From assembly GCA_965203555.1 (NCBI GenBank), contig CBDBCY010000004.1, positions 1,472,001-1,536,000 of the forward strand: 64,000 bases of DNA, written 5' to 3'. The notes under the pieces are model-generated. The model ran no database searches, was not told the origin of the DNA, and saw only the letters and a program-made list of their open reading frames with translations. A program made the position numbers and the translations under genes. Positions 1-10,739 of this stretch are shown here, one piece after another (within the stretch, counting starts at the first letter, position 1; each line of letters begins with the position of its first letter). The stretch is from Acidimicrobiia bacterium. GTDB lineage: Bacteria > Actinomycetota > Acidimicrobiia > Spongiisociales > ZC4RG35.

Positions 1-1
1 C

Positions 2-175
2 GGTTGCGGGGTGATTGTCTGCACCCACGACCTGGGCGAGGCCAACACCGCCGACCACGTACTTCTGCTTGGAGAAAAGCGGGTGGTCAGCGGACCTCCA
101 TCGGAAGTGCTGACCAACGAAAACCTCCTGGCGGCGTTCGGTTTGGGACTGATGCACTTCTCAAACCACCGGTAG
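2..175 (+). CDS. C-terminal fragment of ABC transporter ATP-binding protein (ZnuC/AztA-like); runs off window start
   Basis: Manual frame-2 translation GCGVIVCTHDLGEANTADHVLLLGEKRVVSGPPSEVLTNENLLAAFG...*; H-loop THDL and a tail typical of metal ABC ATPases. Confidence 0.75.
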   Translation, partial: GCGVIVCTHDLGEANTADHVLLLGEKRVVSGPPSEVLTNENLLAAFGLGLMHFSNHR

Positions 176-208
176 GCTGCAGAATAGAAGACGACGAGAG
201 AACCTCAG

Positions 209-673
209 ATGAGCGTTAAAGACGAGATGCGCGCCGAGTTGGTGAACGCCATGAAGACGGGTGACCGCCCCCGCCGGGACGCCATACGCTCCGTCGAAGC
301 GGAAATACAGACCCGAAAAACGGCCCGCGGTTTTTTGGGAACCGGGGAGGATGACGACTTTTACCGGCAGGTGATCGGAGGGTACGTAAAGAAGATGCGA
401 AAGGCCGCCTCCGAGTATTCCAAGCTGGGTGAGCGCGGGGCGGACATGGCCCGAAAGCTCTCCTTCGAGGTGGACTACCTGTCCCGGTGGCTGCCTTCCC
501 GTCTTGACGAGGACCAGAGCCGCCGGCTGGTCCGCCGGACCATCGCCCGGCTGGGGGTGGAGAGCCAACCCCGAGCACAGGGCAGGGTGATGGGACAGAT
601 CATGAAGACCCACCGTCAAGAGGTGGACGGAGGCCTGGTGTCCCGACTGGTCAGAGAAGAACTGTCCTCCTAA
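209..673 (+). CDS. GatB/YqeY domain protein
   Basis: 154 aa; AMK..D..R N-terminus, E..YL..WLP..L, GRVMGQIMK...VDGGLVSRLVRE. Confidence 0.85.
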   Translation: MSVKDEMRAELVNAMKTGDRPRRDAIRSVEAEIQTRKTARGFLGTGEDDDFYRQVIGGYVKKMRKAASEYSKLGERGADMARKLSFEVDYLSRWLPSRLDEDQSRRLVRRTIARLGVESQPRAQGRVMGQIMKTHRQEVDGGLVSRLVREELSS

Positions 674-779
674 CCCGCCCTGTTGCTCGCCTTGACCAGC
701 CCTCTTGCTCGCCGAGCCTGTTCAACACACAGACCCACTCGATCACAAAGCATCTGAAAGTGGTAAAATCGGAGGCCTG

Positions 780-1601
780 ATGCGTCCTATCTGGAAGGGC
801 GCCATCTCGTTCGGCCTGGTGAACATTCCGGTGGTGCTTTACTCGGCCACCGAAGATCGGCGCCCCAAGTTCAAACAGTTGCGTCAAAGCGACAAGAGTC
901 CGATCCGCTACAAGAGGGTGGCGGAAGTGGACGGTCGAGAGGTGCCCTGGGGGGAGATCGTGCGAGGCTACGAGGTGGAACGGGGCGCCTACGTAGTGTT
1001 CAGCGACACCGAGTTGGCCGCGGCAGGGATCGGCAAGAAAGGCCTTCCCCTGATCGACGTGATCAGGTTCGTGGAGTCCGAAGAGATCGATCCGGTGTAC
1101 TACAAGTCTTCCTATTACCTGGCGCCGGAGAAGACGGGCCTGCGCGCCTACCGGATCCTCCGGGAGGCCCTCCAATCAGCGGGAAGGGTGGGGGTAGCCC
1201 GATTCGCGATGAGAGGAAAGGAACACCTTTCCACTCTCAGATGCCACCAGGACACCCTCCTGCTGGAGACCATGTTCTGGCCCGATGAGATCCGGGCTGT
1301 TCCCGCCGGCGAGGCTGACGAAGAGGTGGAGATAAGGCCCGAGGAGGTGGAGATGGCCAAGATCCTGATCGACACCATGAGCGGACCCTTCGTGGGAGAC
1401 GACTACCAGGACAAGACCAGGGAGAACATCGAGGCGGTCGCCCGGCAGAAGGTCGAAGGAAAAGAGATCGTCTCACTGGAGTCCCCCGACCAACCCGGAG
1501 AAGTAATCGACCTGCTGGCCGCCCTCAAAGCCAGCGTAGCGGCCACCAAGGCCGCGGTGGACAGCAGAGAGACCTCCGAACCACAGACAGCCGTCGGCTG
1601 A
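780..1601 (+). CDS. ku: Non-homologous end joining protein Ku
   Basis: MRPIWKGAISFGLVNIPV start at 780; IDPVYYKSSYYL; VIDLLAALKASV. Confidence 0.95.
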   Translation: MRPIWKGAISFGLVNIPVVLYSATEDRRPKFKQLRQSDKSPIRYKRVAEVDGREVPWGEIVRGYEVERGAYVVFSDTELAAAGIGKKGLPLIDVIRFVESEEIDPVYYKSSYYLAPEKTGLRAYRILREALQSAGRVGVARFAMRGKEHLSTLRCHQDTLLLETMFWPDEIRAVPAGEADEEVEIRPEEVEMAKILIDTMSGPFVGDDYQDKTRENIEAVARQKVEGKEIVSLESPDQPGEVIDLLAALKASVAATKAAVDSRETSEPQTAVG

Positions 1602-1658
1602 CCCGCGAGAGTCGAAGCAGACCTCCCGTAGGGCAGCGGGGAGGCCGAGCCCGGGTGT

Positions 1659-2933
1659 TTACTCCACTTCCAGGCGGAACATGTCCTCGTATTCTTCCCG
1701 GCGCACTACCAGGCGGGATTGGCCGTCGGCTGCGAATACCACCGGGGGTCGGGGGACCTTTTGGTAGTTGGATCCCATGGAATGGCCGTAGGCGCCGGTC
1801 ACCGGAGTGGCGACCACGTCTCCGACTTCGACGTCGCCGGGTACCCAACCCGAATCGACCAGCCGGTCCCCGCTCTCGCAGTGCTTGCCCACCACCGTCA
1901 CCTCCCGCTCCCGGGGGGCGGTCACCGCACGGGGTAAGAAAACCTCGTAGCCGCTGCCGTACAGGACCGGCCGGGGATTGTCGCTCATCCCCCCATCCAC
2001 CGACAGGTAGGTGCGAACCCCCTCCACCTCCTTGATGGTCCCCACCCGGTACAGGGTCAGCGCCGCAGAGGCCACGATGGCCCTTCCCGGTTCGGCCGCG
2101 ATGGGACCGGTGACTCCTTCCTCCCGGCAGGTTCCCACCAGCGCCTCCGCCCACTCGGCAATGGCGGGCGCCGACTCCCCCTCCACATACGGCACTCCCA
2201 GCCCGCCTCCCAGCGACAGTTCCTCCAGACCGAACGGGACGGCCAGCCTCGCCACGATGCGAGCGGCCTCCCGGAAGGACTCCAGCCGGAAGACCTGGCT
2301 CCCGATGTGCGCATGGACGCCTCGGGCCCGCATGGAGGGGGAGTTCTTGGCTCGGCGCACCGCCTGGTCGGCGGCCCCGGTTGACACGGTGAAACCGAAC
2401 TTGGTGTCGTCATGACCGGTGGCGACAAACTCGTGAGTGTGAGCATCGACACCGGGAGTGATCCGGATCAGGACATCAACCGGCCCCATTGTCGACCGGA
2501 CGTACAGGTGGTCGATTCGATCCATCTCGTCGAAAGAGTCCACCACCACCCGGCCCACCCCGGCATCGATGGCCGTCACCAGTTCTTCCACAGACTTGTT
2601 GTTGCCGTGAAACACCAGCTTCTCGGGCGGGAATCCGGCGCGAAGCGCCATTGCCAATTCTCCGCCGGTCGCCACATCCATACCCAGACCTTCGGACTGC
2701 ACCAATCTGGCCATGGCCAAGCACAAAAAAGCCTTGGCCGCATAGACCACCTCTCCCCCGAACGCACCGGCGGCCTCCCGGCAACGATGTCGCAGGTGGA
2801 GCTCGTCGTAGACAAAAACCGGAGTGCCATATTGCTCGGCCAACTCTTCCAGATCGCATCCACCCACCACCAAACGCCCGTCGACCACCTCGGAGGTGTC
2901 GGGTAGCAGATGAAACGGTAGAGGTCCGGCCAT
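1659..2933 (-). CDS. lysA: Diaminopimelate decarboxylase
   Basis: YGTPVFVYDE, YAAKAF (PLP Lys), HGNNKS, HIGSQ, EPGR, HCESGD, GAY; start at ATG 2933 rather than the ORF-track 4193. Confidence 0.95.
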   Translation of the reverse strand: MAGPLPFHLLPDTSEVVDGRLVVGGCDLEELAEQYGTPVFVYDELHLRHRCREAAGAFGGEVVYAAKAFLCLAMARLVQSEGLGMDVATGGELAMALRAGFPPEKLVFHGNNKSVEELVTAIDAGVGRVVVDSFDEMDRIDHLYVRSTMGPVDVLIRITPGVDAHTHEFVATGHDDTKFGFTVSTGAADQAVRRAKNSPSMRARGVHAHIGSQVFRLESFREAARIVARLAVPFGLEELSLGGGLGVPYVEGESAPAIAEWAEALVGTCREEGVTGPIAAEPGRAIVASAALTLYRVGTIKEVEGVRTYLSVDGGMSDNPRPVLYGSGYEVFLPRAVTAPREREVTVVGKHCESGDRLVDSGWVPGDVEVGDVVATPVTGAYGHSMGSNYQKVPRPPVVFAADGQSRLVVRREEYEDMFRLEVE

Positions 2934-2999
2934 GTTCTTCCTAAGGGCGAGGGCGTCTGGTTTGCCGAAGCGTACCTGTGGCGCTCTACCATTCCGGCT

Positions 3000-4277
3000 A
3001 TGGAAATCGGCGTGGGCCTTCTTGGAGGAGGCACGGTAGGTGGCGAGTTGGCCAAACGGCTCCTCGAAGACCGCGACGCCATTCTGGCCAAGTCGGGAAT
3101 CGACCTGAGGCTGCGGGGCGTGGCCGTTCGCCAACCGGACAAGCCCCGACCCTTCCCCTCCCGATTCATCGTCGACCGTGCAGATCACCTGGTTTCGATG
3201 CCCGGGGTGGACCTGGTGGTGGAACTCATGGGAGGGGTCGATCCTGCCCGACAGTTGCTGCTGTCCGCTCTCGACCTGGGCAAGCCGGTGATCACCGCCA
3301 ACAAGGAACTCCTGTCTCTGCACGGACCGCAGTTGTTTGCGCGGGCGGCCGACAAGGGCGTCTCGCTGCTCTTCGAAGCGGCGGTGGGCGGAGGGATTCC
3401 TCTGATCCGTCCCCTGTCCGAGTCCTTGGCGGGCGAAAAGATCGAACGGGTCACCGGAATCGTCAACGGGACCACCAACTACATCCTGACCGCCATGGAC
3501 GCCGAGGGGATGGCCTATCAAAAGGCGTTGGCGGAAGCGCAAAGGCTGGGATACGCCGAGGCGGACCCCACCGCCGACGTAAGCGGCAACGACGCAGCCG
3601 CCAAGGCGGCCATCCTGGCCGGACTGGCCTTCGGCCAGTGGGTCGACATAAACCAGGTCTACCGGGAGGGAATCACCGAGATCTCCACCATGGACATGGG
3701 TTTCGCCCGCCAGTTGGGCTACGGCGTGAAACTGCTGGCGGTGGCAGACACTTCCTCGCAGGGTCCGGCGGTGCGGGTGCACCCGGCCCTGGTGCCGACC
3801 GGTCACCCGCTGGCCCTGATAAGGGGCGCCAACAACGGTGTCTTTCTGGAGGGTCCCTCCATCGGTGAACTGCTCTTTTTGGGACCGGGAGCGGGCGGAA
3901 GACCCACCGCCACCGCAGTGCTGGGAGACGTGATCCTCGCCTCCCGGGAATTCCTGGCCGGCACCAAGGTCGCCCCCCGGGTACGGTTCGGCAACGGCGC
4001 CGTGCGGGACTTCTCCGACGTGCAGACCCAGTGGTACCTGCGCCTGGAAGTGAAGGATGCCCCCGGGGTCCTGGCCCAGATCGCGGCGGTGTTCGGCGCT
4101 CACCAGGTGTCCATCATGTCGGTGTGGCAGGAGGGAAGGGGAGACGACGCAACCCTTTTGCTGATCACCCACCACGCACGGGAGGACCATCACCGGGCAG
4201 CGGTGCGGGACCTGGAAAAACTGCAGGTGGTAGGCCAGGTGGCGGCCACCATCCGGGTGATCGGCTCAAGCCCCTGA
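3000..4277 (+). CDS. hom: Homoserine dehydrogenase with C-terminal ACT domain
   Basis: GGGTVG Rossmann, VITANK, FEAAVGGGIP, NGTTNYIL, GYAEADPTADV, GPGAGG; TACCAT 7 nt upstream of the ATG suggests a leaderless transcript. Confidence 0.96.
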   Translation: MEIGVGLLGGGTVGGELAKRLLEDRDAILAKSGIDLRLRGVAVRQPDKPRPFPSRFIVDRADHLVSMPGVDLVVELMGGVDPARQLLLSALDLGKPVITANKELLSLHGPQLFARAADKGVSLLFEAAVGGGIPLIRPLSESLAGEKIERVTGIVNGTTNYILTAMDAEGMAYQKALAEAQRLGYAEADPTADVSGNDAAAKAAILAGLAFGQWVDINQVYREGITEISTMDMGFARQLGYGVKLLAVADTSSQGPAVRVHPALVPTGHPLALIRGANNGVFLEGPSIGELLFLGPGAGGRPTATAVLGDVILASREFLAGTKVAPRVRFGNGAVRDFSDVQTQWYLRLEVKDAPGVLAQIAAVFGAHQVSIMSVWQEGRGDDATLLLITHHAREDHHRAAVRDLEKLQVVGQVAATIRVIGSSP

Positions 4278-4308
4278 TGGACTCTCCCACCGAAGCCCGG
4301 GTCCGGCC

Positions 4309-5685
4309 GTGAGATATATCTCGACCCGGGGAGGGACCCCTCCCGCCTCTTTCGACGACATCCTCCTCCAGGGACCGGCGCCCGACGGGGGCCTGTACGT
4401 CCCGCAGCGATGGCCTTCCGTCCCGCCGTTGCCTGCGGACATCTCCTACCACGAGATGGTTGCCACGGTGGCGGCGCCCTTCATGGAAGGAAGTCTTCTT
4501 CTCGAACATCTTCCCCGGCTGGCTGCCGAAGCCTACGCCGGTTTCGGCCCCCAGGGACCGGCGCCGCTCAGGCAGGTGGCGGAGAACCGGTGGCTGCTGG
4601 ATCTCACCCTCGGCCCCACCCTCTCTTTCAAGGACTACGCCCTGCAATTGCTGGGAAGGCTGTTCGACCAACTCCTGGCGTTGCAGGGCAGGCGGATAAT
4701 GGTGCTGGGCGCCACCTCGGGAGACACCGGTTCGGCAGCCATCGAGGCCTGCCGCGACCGCCCCGCCATCGACATCGTCATTCTCTATCCCCAAGGTCGG
4801 GTATCCGACATCCAGCGTCGCCAGATGACCACCGTGGATTCATCCAATGTCCATGCGGTGGCCGTGGAGGGGACCTTCGACGACTGCCAGGACCTGGTGA
4901 AAGCGGCCTTCGCCGACCCGAGCATACGCCGCCGACTGGCCCTGGCGGCGGTCAACTCGATCAACTGGGCGCGGATAGTGGCCCAAGTCGCCTACTACCT
5001 TTGGGCTGGGCGCCGGCTGGGGCAGCCGGTCAGCTTCTGCGTGCCAACCGGCAATTTCGGCAACGTGCTGGCCGGGTGGGCCGCCCGGCGGATGGGGGGG
5101 CCCATTGACAAGTTGGTGGTGGCCAACAACCACAACCACGGACTCACCCGACTCATCTCCGAAGGGCTTCTTCCCATTGGCGAGGTGCGTCCCACTCTCG
5201 CTCCGGCCATGGACATCCAGATCCCATCCAACCTGGAGAGATACCTGTTCGAATTGGGTTCCAGGCGGGGTGAGTGGATGTCACAGATGATGAGCGACTA
5301 CCGACGGCTGGGCGAACTGCGGCTCGACGAGGACCTGCACTCTCGCCTCCAACAGGACTTCAGCGCCGGGTGGATGGGAGACACCCGGATTGTCGAGGTG
5401 ATCGCCCAAGCACATCGCGAGCACGGATTGCTGCTCGACCCTCACAGTGCGTTGGGATGGGCCATGGCGCAGCGCGTGGGCGAGACCGGCGAGCAGATCG
5501 TCAGCATCGCCACCGCCCATCCCGCCAAATTCCCCGAAGCGGTGACCGAGGCGGTGGGTTTTTCTCCCCAACTTCCGTCCCGGCTTGCCGACCTGTCCGC
5601 CCGGCGGGAGCGCACCACCGTGATTCCGGCTCGGCTTGACCGCCTGGTGGCGGTGCTGGAGAACGCCCGAGCGCAAACGGCTTGA
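4309..5685 (+). CDS. thrC: Threonine synthase
   Basis: MRYISTRG, APDGGLYVP, GPTLSFKD (PLP Lys), ATSGDTG, NSINWARI, VPTGNFGN, TAHPAKF. Confidence 0.96.
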   Translation: MRYISTRGGTPPASFDDILLQGPAPDGGLYVPQRWPSVPPLPADISYHEMVATVAAPFMEGSLLLEHLPRLAAEAYAGFGPQGPAPLRQVAENRWLLDLTLGPTLSFKDYALQLLGRLFDQLLALQGRRIMVLGATSGDTGSAAIEACRDRPAIDIVILYPQGRVSDIQRRQMTTVDSSNVHAVAVEGTFDDCQDLVKAAFADPSIRRRLALAAVNSINWARIVAQVAYYLWAGRRLGQPVSFCVPTGNFGNVLAGWAARRMGGPIDKLVVANNHNHGLTRLISEGLLPIGEVRPTLAPAMDIQIPSNLERYLFELGSRRGEWMSQMMSDYRRLGELRLDEDLHSRLQQDFSAGWMGDTRIVEVIAQAHREHGLLLDPHSALGWAMAQRVGETGEQIVSIATAHPAKFPEAVTEAVGFSPQLPSRLADLSARRERTTVIPARLDRLVAVLENARAQTA

Positions 5686-5725
5686 GCGCATCGCCCACAT
5701 TCAAACCATGGAAGCGATATCCGTT

Positions 5726-5753
5726 TTGGCACGCGGTTTTGTCTTTGTATAAT
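5726..5753 (+). promoter_or_regulatory. Putative sigma-70-type promoter of rho
   Basis: TTGGCA-N16-TATAAT, ~150 nt upstream of the rho start. Confidence 0.55.
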
Positions 5754-5906
5754 GGCGTTTGTCTGGTTCGTCGCCCTCATAGCCCCGGCGGCGGGCACCC
5801 GAGAAATCTCTCCAAGGCGGTCTCGTATAGCACGGTTACGCCCTTCGCCCCATAAGGAAGGTGAGAGGCTATTCGGAAATAACTCCGAGAGCACGAGGAA
5901 TCCTCT

Positions 5907-7448
5907 ATGACTATTCAAACCGAAAACGGCCAGCTTCGAACCAAGTCGGTTGAAGATCTGCGAAAGATCGCCAAGGCGATCGGCATCAACTCCGGCGGAA
6001 TGGGTAAGGAGCAGTTGATCGTCGCCATAACCGGCGGCGCCAAAGGTGAATCCGACGCCGGCAAGGCAACCCCTCCGCCGAAGGCAAAGGGCGGACGCCA
6101 GCAGGCCCCTCCGGCGCCCGTTCCTCCCTCTCCCTCCCGTCAAAAGACCCAAAGCGGCAGCAGCTCTGGAGGCGGCAAAAAGGAGAAAAACCCGAAGCCG
6201 GACTTTGAATTCCGGGCTACGGAGCCTCCCAGTCCCCCGCGCCCAGGCGGTGGTCGCCGTCGCCGCGGCAGGGGTCGAAGGCAACCGTCCCACGCCAACA
6301 TTCCCGAGAGCGAATTGGAGGTCCGGGAAGGACTGCTGGACATTCTCCCCGAGGGCTACGGATTCCTGCGGGTGTCCGGGTACGGTCCCGGCGACAAGGA
6401 CGTCTACGTTTCCGCCGGTCTGATCCGCCGCCTGCAACTGCGCAAGGGCGATCTGGTGGGTGGGCCGATCCGGCCGCCTCGCTCGCAGGAGAAGTATCCG
6501 GGAATGGTGAGGGTCGAGCATGTCAACAAGGTCGACCCGGGCCAAGCGATGCGCAGACCCAAATTCGAAAGGCTCACTCCCCTGTTCCCGGATCAGCGGC
6601 TCCGCCTGGAGTTGGACGGGATGCCTCAGCGGACCCTGGCCCGCCTCATCGACCTGATCTCCCCGGTCGGCAAGGGCCAGCGAGGACTGATCGTCTCCCC
6701 GCCCAAGGCAGGAAAGACCACCGTTCTCAAGGAGATCGCCCAGTCGATCACCGTGAACAACCCCGAGTGTCATCTCATGGTGGTGCTGGTGGATGAACGG
6801 CCTGAAGAAGTGACGGACATGCAGAGGTCGGTGAGAGGTGACGTGGTGTACTCCACCTTCGACCGTCCGGCGGAACAGCACACTCAAATCGCCGACCTGG
6901 CCTTGGAGCGCGCCAAGCGAATGGTGGAAGCCGGGATGGACGTGGTGATCCTGCTTGACTCCATCACCCGGCTGGCCCGCGCTCACAACCTGGCAGCCCC
7001 CGCTTCCGGACGCATGCTCTCGGGAGGGATCGACGCTACGGCGCTTTATCCGCCCAAGCGGTTCTTCGGCGCCGCCCGCAACATCGAGGAAGGCGGGAGC
7101 CTGACCATCTTGGGAACCGCGTTGGTGGAGACCCGGTCCAAGATGGACGAGGTGATCTTCGAAGAGTTCAAGGGCACCGGAAATATGGAATTGCGGTTGG
7201 ATCGCAAGCTGGCCGACAAGCGGATCTATCCGGCGGTCGACATTGAGCTCTCGGGCACTCGCCGTGAAGAGTTGCTGTTCACTGTGGACGAACTGCCCCA
7301 GGTCTGGAAACTGCGGCGGGTGCTGCTGTCGCTGGATCCGAGTGCGGCAATCGAATTGCTGATAGATAAACTGCAAAGTTCACCTTCCAACAAGGTGTTC
7401 CTGGCCGAGGTGGCCAGAAACACCGGGGATCGAGTCAGATCGGTATGA
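5907..7448 (+). CDS. rho: Transcription termination factor Rho (with N-terminal low-complexity insertion)
   Basis: [57 protein letters not shown]. Confidence 0.98.
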   Translation: MTIQTENGQLRTKSVEDLRKIAKAIGINSGGMGKEQLIVAITGGAKGESDAGKATPPPKAKGGRQQAPPAPVPPSPSRQKTQSGSSSGGGKKEKNPKPDFEFRATEPPSPPRPGGGRRRRGRGRRQPSHANIPESELEVREGLLDILPEGYGFLRVSGYGPGDKDVYVSAGLIRRLQLRKGDLVGGPIRPPRSQEKYPGMVRVEHVNKVDPGQAMRRPKFERLTPLFPDQRLRLELDGMPQRTLARLIDLISPVGKGQRGLIVSPPKAGKTTVLKEIAQSITVNNPECHLMVVLVDERPEEVTDMQRSVRGDVVYSTFDRPAEQHTQIADLALERAKRMVEAGMDVVILLDSITRLARAHNLAAPASGRMLSGGIDATALYPPKRFFGAARNIEEGGSLTILGTALVETRSKMDEVIFEEFKGTGNMELRLDRKLADKRIYPAVDIELSGTRREELLFTVDELPQVWKLRRVLLSLDPSAAIELLIDKLQSSPSNKVFLAEVARNTGDRVRSV

Positions 7449-7702
7449 AAACAGATATACACCCCCAATACGGCCTAACAACGGTTACCTGCTCATGCGG
7501 CGCCAGCTTCGTCACCAGGACCACCAGACCTCCCGCCATGACGGTGGAACTGTGCAACGAGTGCCATCCCTTTTACACCGGCGAACAGAGACTGGTGGAT
7601 ACCGGTGGTCGGGTCGAGCACTTCCAGAGGCGCTACGGGGAGGCCGCCGAAGTCCGTTCGAAGCGGTATCAAAAGAAGAACCCGGGCAACTCCCCCGCCT
7701 AG
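7445..7702 (+). CDS. rpmE: 50S ribosomal protein L31 (Zn-binding type)
   Basis: [31 protein letters not shown]. Confidence 0.97.
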   Translation: MKTDIHPQYGLTTVTCSCGASFVTRTTRPPAMTVELCNECHPFYTGEQRLVDTGGRVEHFQRRYGEAAEVRSKRYQKKNPGNSPA

Positions 7703-7815
7703 CCGCCAGAGGGTCCGGCGCTGTCAATTCTTGGACACCGGTCACCGGAGAGCGCTCTCCGCAATCAAGAATCGGATGATCTGAGGTTGGCCGTGCACAA
7801 GCGGAGGCGACGGCA

Positions 7816-8799
7816 ATGAGCGGCCAACCTTCTACCGATAATCAGAATCCCTCGGACCCGTTGGCAGTAGGAGGACAAGCCCTGATCGAGGGGGTGATGA
7901 TCCGGGCCCCGGAAGCCTGGGCGGTTGCGGCTCGGCGCATGGACGGCGCCATAGTGGCGGAACGCCGACCGCTTCCCCGTCTCTCCACCCGCACCTGGGC
8001 CGCCAAGGTTCCCTTCCTGCGGGGCATCCTGGTGCTGGTTGAATCTCTCAATCTGGGCTTTCGATCCCTGGCGTGGTCCGCCGAGGTCGCCACGCAGGAA
8101 CCGGGAGAAGAATCCGGGACCATAGAGGGCCCGCAGGAGTCGTTGGGCTGGAAGATGTGGCTGTGGATGGGCCTGGCCCTCGGCTTCTTCGTGGCTTTCT
8201 TCATGGTGGTACCGGCCACCGTGGCGCGCTGGACCGCAGGAGAGTCCGGTCTGCTGTTCGGTTTCTTGGAGGCGGTCATCCGGTTCGGACTCTTCATCGG
8301 CTACATATGGGGAATAGGCCGGATGGCGGACATCAAGCGGGTGTTCGCCTATCACGGCGCAGAACACATGACAATTCACGCCTACGAACAACAAGAGGAT
8401 CTGTCCGTGGAATCGATCGCCAAGTACCCGCCCGAGCATCCACGCTGCGGCACCAACTTCCTTCTGATCGTGGTCATAATCTCCATCATCGCCTTCGCCC
8501 TGGTGGGCAACCCGGGCTGGTTGGTGCTGATCGCCAGCAGGATCCTGTTTATACCCGTGATCGCCGCCATCGCCTACGAACTGCTCAAATTCGCCGGTAA
8601 GCGTCAATCCCAAACCCTCGGCAGGTGGCTGGCCGCGCCTGGAATCTGGCTGCAGAAGCTCACGACCAACCAACCGGATATTTTCCAGATCGAAGTGGCC
8701 ATGACCGCTTTGCTCTCTGCAGTGGATCCATCCGAGGCCGCCCGACTGCTGGAGGCCGGGACCTTTCCTGCTTCGGTGGTAAAGGCGGTGGCCCGATGA
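7816..8799 (+). CDS. DUF1385 membrane protein
   Basis: GGQALIEGVM, VFAYHGAEH, HPRCGTNF; usual neighbour of rpmE/prfA. Confidence 0.92.
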   Translation: MSGQPSTDNQNPSDPLAVGGQALIEGVMIRAPEAWAVAARRMDGAIVAERRPLPRLSTRTWAAKVPFLRGILVLVESLNLGFRSLAWSAEVATQEPGEESGTIEGPQESLGWKMWLWMGLALGFFVAFFMVVPATVARWTAGESGLLFGFLEAVIRFGLFIGYIWGIGRMADIKRVFAYHGAEHMTIHAYEQQEDLSVESIAKYPPEHPRCGTNFLLIVVIISIIAFALVGNPGWLVLIASRILFIPVIAAIAYELLKFAGKRQSQTLGRWLAAPGIWLQKLTTNQPDIFQIEVAMTALLSAVDPSEAARLLEAGTFPASVVKAVAR

Positions 8800-9893
8800 G
8801 CACTCCGGTATGGCGAGATCGTATCCCGGAACTGGAGAGGCAGTTGGCCGAGATCGACAGGGAGATGTCCTCCCCGCAAGTCCTTTCCGATCACCGCCGG
8901 CTGGCTGATGCAGGAAGAAGGCGAGCCGAGCTATGGCCGATCGTAAAGACCGGTCGCGCCTGGGTGGCCGCCCGCGAGGATGCCCGGGAGGCTGAGGATC
9001 TGGCGGCGACCGACCCCGATCTACGGGCCGAACTCTTGGAATGGGCAGAAGAGAAGCACCGGGAAGCCGCCCAGTTGGAAAAAGACCTGGAGGTGCTGAT
9101 GGTTCCTCCCGACCCCGACGACCACCGGGATGTGATCATGGAGATCCGGGCGGCGGCAGGTGGTGACGAAGCGGCGATCTGGGCGGGAGACCTGTTCCGG
9201 ATGTACCAAAAATTCGCCGACCGGCGCGGCTTGCGAACCGAGGAAATGGAGGCTTCTGCATCCGGGGTGGGCGGATACAGCAAGATCTCCTTGGCGGTGA
9301 AAGGCCGCGGATCCTATGGCATGCTTCGTTACGAGGGCGGCGTCCACCGGGTGCAAAGGGTGCCGAGAACCGAGTCCCAGGGCAGGATCCACACCTCCAC
9401 GGCCACCGTGGCCGTACTTCCGGAAGCCGACGAGGTGGAGGTTGAAGTGAGTCCCGACGAGGTGCGAGTGGATGTCTTTCGCTCCTCGGGTCCAGGGGGC
9501 CAGTCGGTCAACACCACCGACTCGGCGGTGCGCATCACCCATCTTCCCACCGGATTGGTGGTCAGTTGCCAGGACCAAAAGAGCCAATTCCAGAACAAGG
9601 AGAAGGCGTTCCGGGTGCTGCGAGCCCGGCTTTATCGGCTGGAAGTCGAGAAGCGCCAGGAGGGAATCGCCGGAGAGAGGCGCTCGCAGGTGGGCGGAGG
9701 GGGCCGCTCGGAGAAGATCCGCACCTACAACTTCCGGGAGAACCGGGTCACCGATCATCGCATCGGATTGACGCTCAAGTCATTGGATCGGGTGCTGGAG
9801 GGCGAGATCGACCAGCTGAGCAATGCCCTGACCGCCCAGGATCGCTCCGAGAAACTGGTTTCATCACTGGTCGGGAAATCCCCGAACGACTGA
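8796..9893 (+). CDS. prfA: Peptide chain release factor 1
   Basis: GGVHRVQRVPRTESQGRIHTS (PxT), GPGGQSVN (GGQ), IRTYNF; ATG overlaps the upstream stop. Confidence 0.97.
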   Translation: MSTPVWRDRIPELERQLAEIDREMSSPQVLSDHRRLADAGRRRAELWPIVKTGRAWVAAREDAREAEDLAATDPDLRAELLEWAEEKHREAAQLEKDLEVLMVPPDPDDHRDVIMEIRAAAGGDEAAIWAGDLFRMYQKFADRRGLRTEEMEASASGVGGYSKISLAVKGRGSYGMLRYEGGVHRVQRVPRTESQGRIHTSTATVAVLPEADEVEVEVSPDEVRVDVFRSSGPGGQSVNTTDSAVRITHLPTGLVVSCQDQKSQFQNKEKAFRVLRARLYRLEVEKRQEGIAGERRSQVGGGGRSEKIRTYNFRENRVTDHRIGLTLKSLDRVLEGEIDQLSNALTAQDRSEKLVSSLVGKSPND

Positions 9894-9910
9894 CCCGTTC
9901 GCCTTCGACA

Positions 9911-10735
9911 ATGACCTCGGCCTCTCTCACTCCACTACAGTTGTCCCGCCGCAGCCGCCTCCCCTACCACGAGTTAGAGAGACTGATCGCCACGGTCACC
10001 ACGGATACAATCCATCCCGGTTTGCCGCTGGCGGCTGAGATCGCCGATCGGACATCTCTTCTCCTCGGCATGCGAAAGGCGGGAGTACCGCTGCAGTACC
10101 TGGAAGGGCACGTCGACTTCGGCCCGGTGCGGGTGGGGGTGGATCGGAGGGCACTCATACCCCGGCCCGAGACCGAACAACTATGGGAACTGGTGGTCCG
10201 GTCGGTTCCGGTCTCTGTGCCGTCGGTGATAGTGGACATCGCAACCGGCTCGGGTGCGCTGGCCCTGGCCCTCGCTCACTCCTATCCGCAAGCGGAAGTG
10301 GTGGCCACCGACATCTCTTCGGAAGCTCTGGAATTGGCACGGGAGAACATGCGGGCCAACCGCTGGGTGGGGGGACGGATCGAGTTGCGAGAAGGCGATC
10401 TCTTTGAGGCTTTGCCGTCCTCGCTTCGGGGTGAGGTGGATATTCTGGTCTCCAATCCGCCCTACGTTACGGAGTCCGAATGGCCGGAACTTCCGTCCGA
10501 CGTGAGAGCCGAGCCCTATCAGGCCCTGGTGGCGGGCCCCCGTGGCACCGAGATACTGGAGAGACTGGCTGCCGGTGTGTCGGACTGGCTGAGACCATCG
10601 GGGACGGTAGTTGTTGAAGTCGGGGAAACCCAGGCCGCGGAGGTGCAGGAGGCTTTCCGGGCCGGAGGCATCAACGCCAGGATCAAACACGACCTGGCCG
10701 GTCGACGCCGGTTCGTATGGGGAAGCGTGATCTAG
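9911..10735 (+). CDS. prmC: Release factor glutamine methyltransferase
   Basis: PLQYLEG, LIPRPETE, DIATGSG, SNPPY. Confidence 0.93.
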   Translation: MTSASLTPLQLSRRSRLPYHELERLIATVTTDTIHPGLPLAAEIADRTSLLLGMRKAGVPLQYLEGHVDFGPVRVGVDRRALIPRPETEQLWELVVRSVPVSVPSVIVDIATGSGALALALAHSYPQAEVVATDISSEALELARENMRANRWVGGRIELREGDLFEALPSSLRGEVDILVSNPPYVTESEWPELPSDVRAEPYQALVAGPRGTEILERLAAGVSDWLRPSGTVVVEVGETQAAEVQEAFRAGGINARIKHDLAGRRRFVWGSVI

Positions 10736-10739
10736 GTTC

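Noticed and set aside
780-1601. Ku without adjacent ligD as a novel system
   Set aside because: Ku and LigD are often unlinked; cannot be judged from one window
2934-4193. 420-aa N-terminal extension of lysA in the ORF track
   Set aside because: Antisense shadow of hom; LysA homology starts at 2933
5442-7376. 644-aa minus-strand ORF
   Set aside because: Antisense shadow of rho caused by GC-rich codon bias
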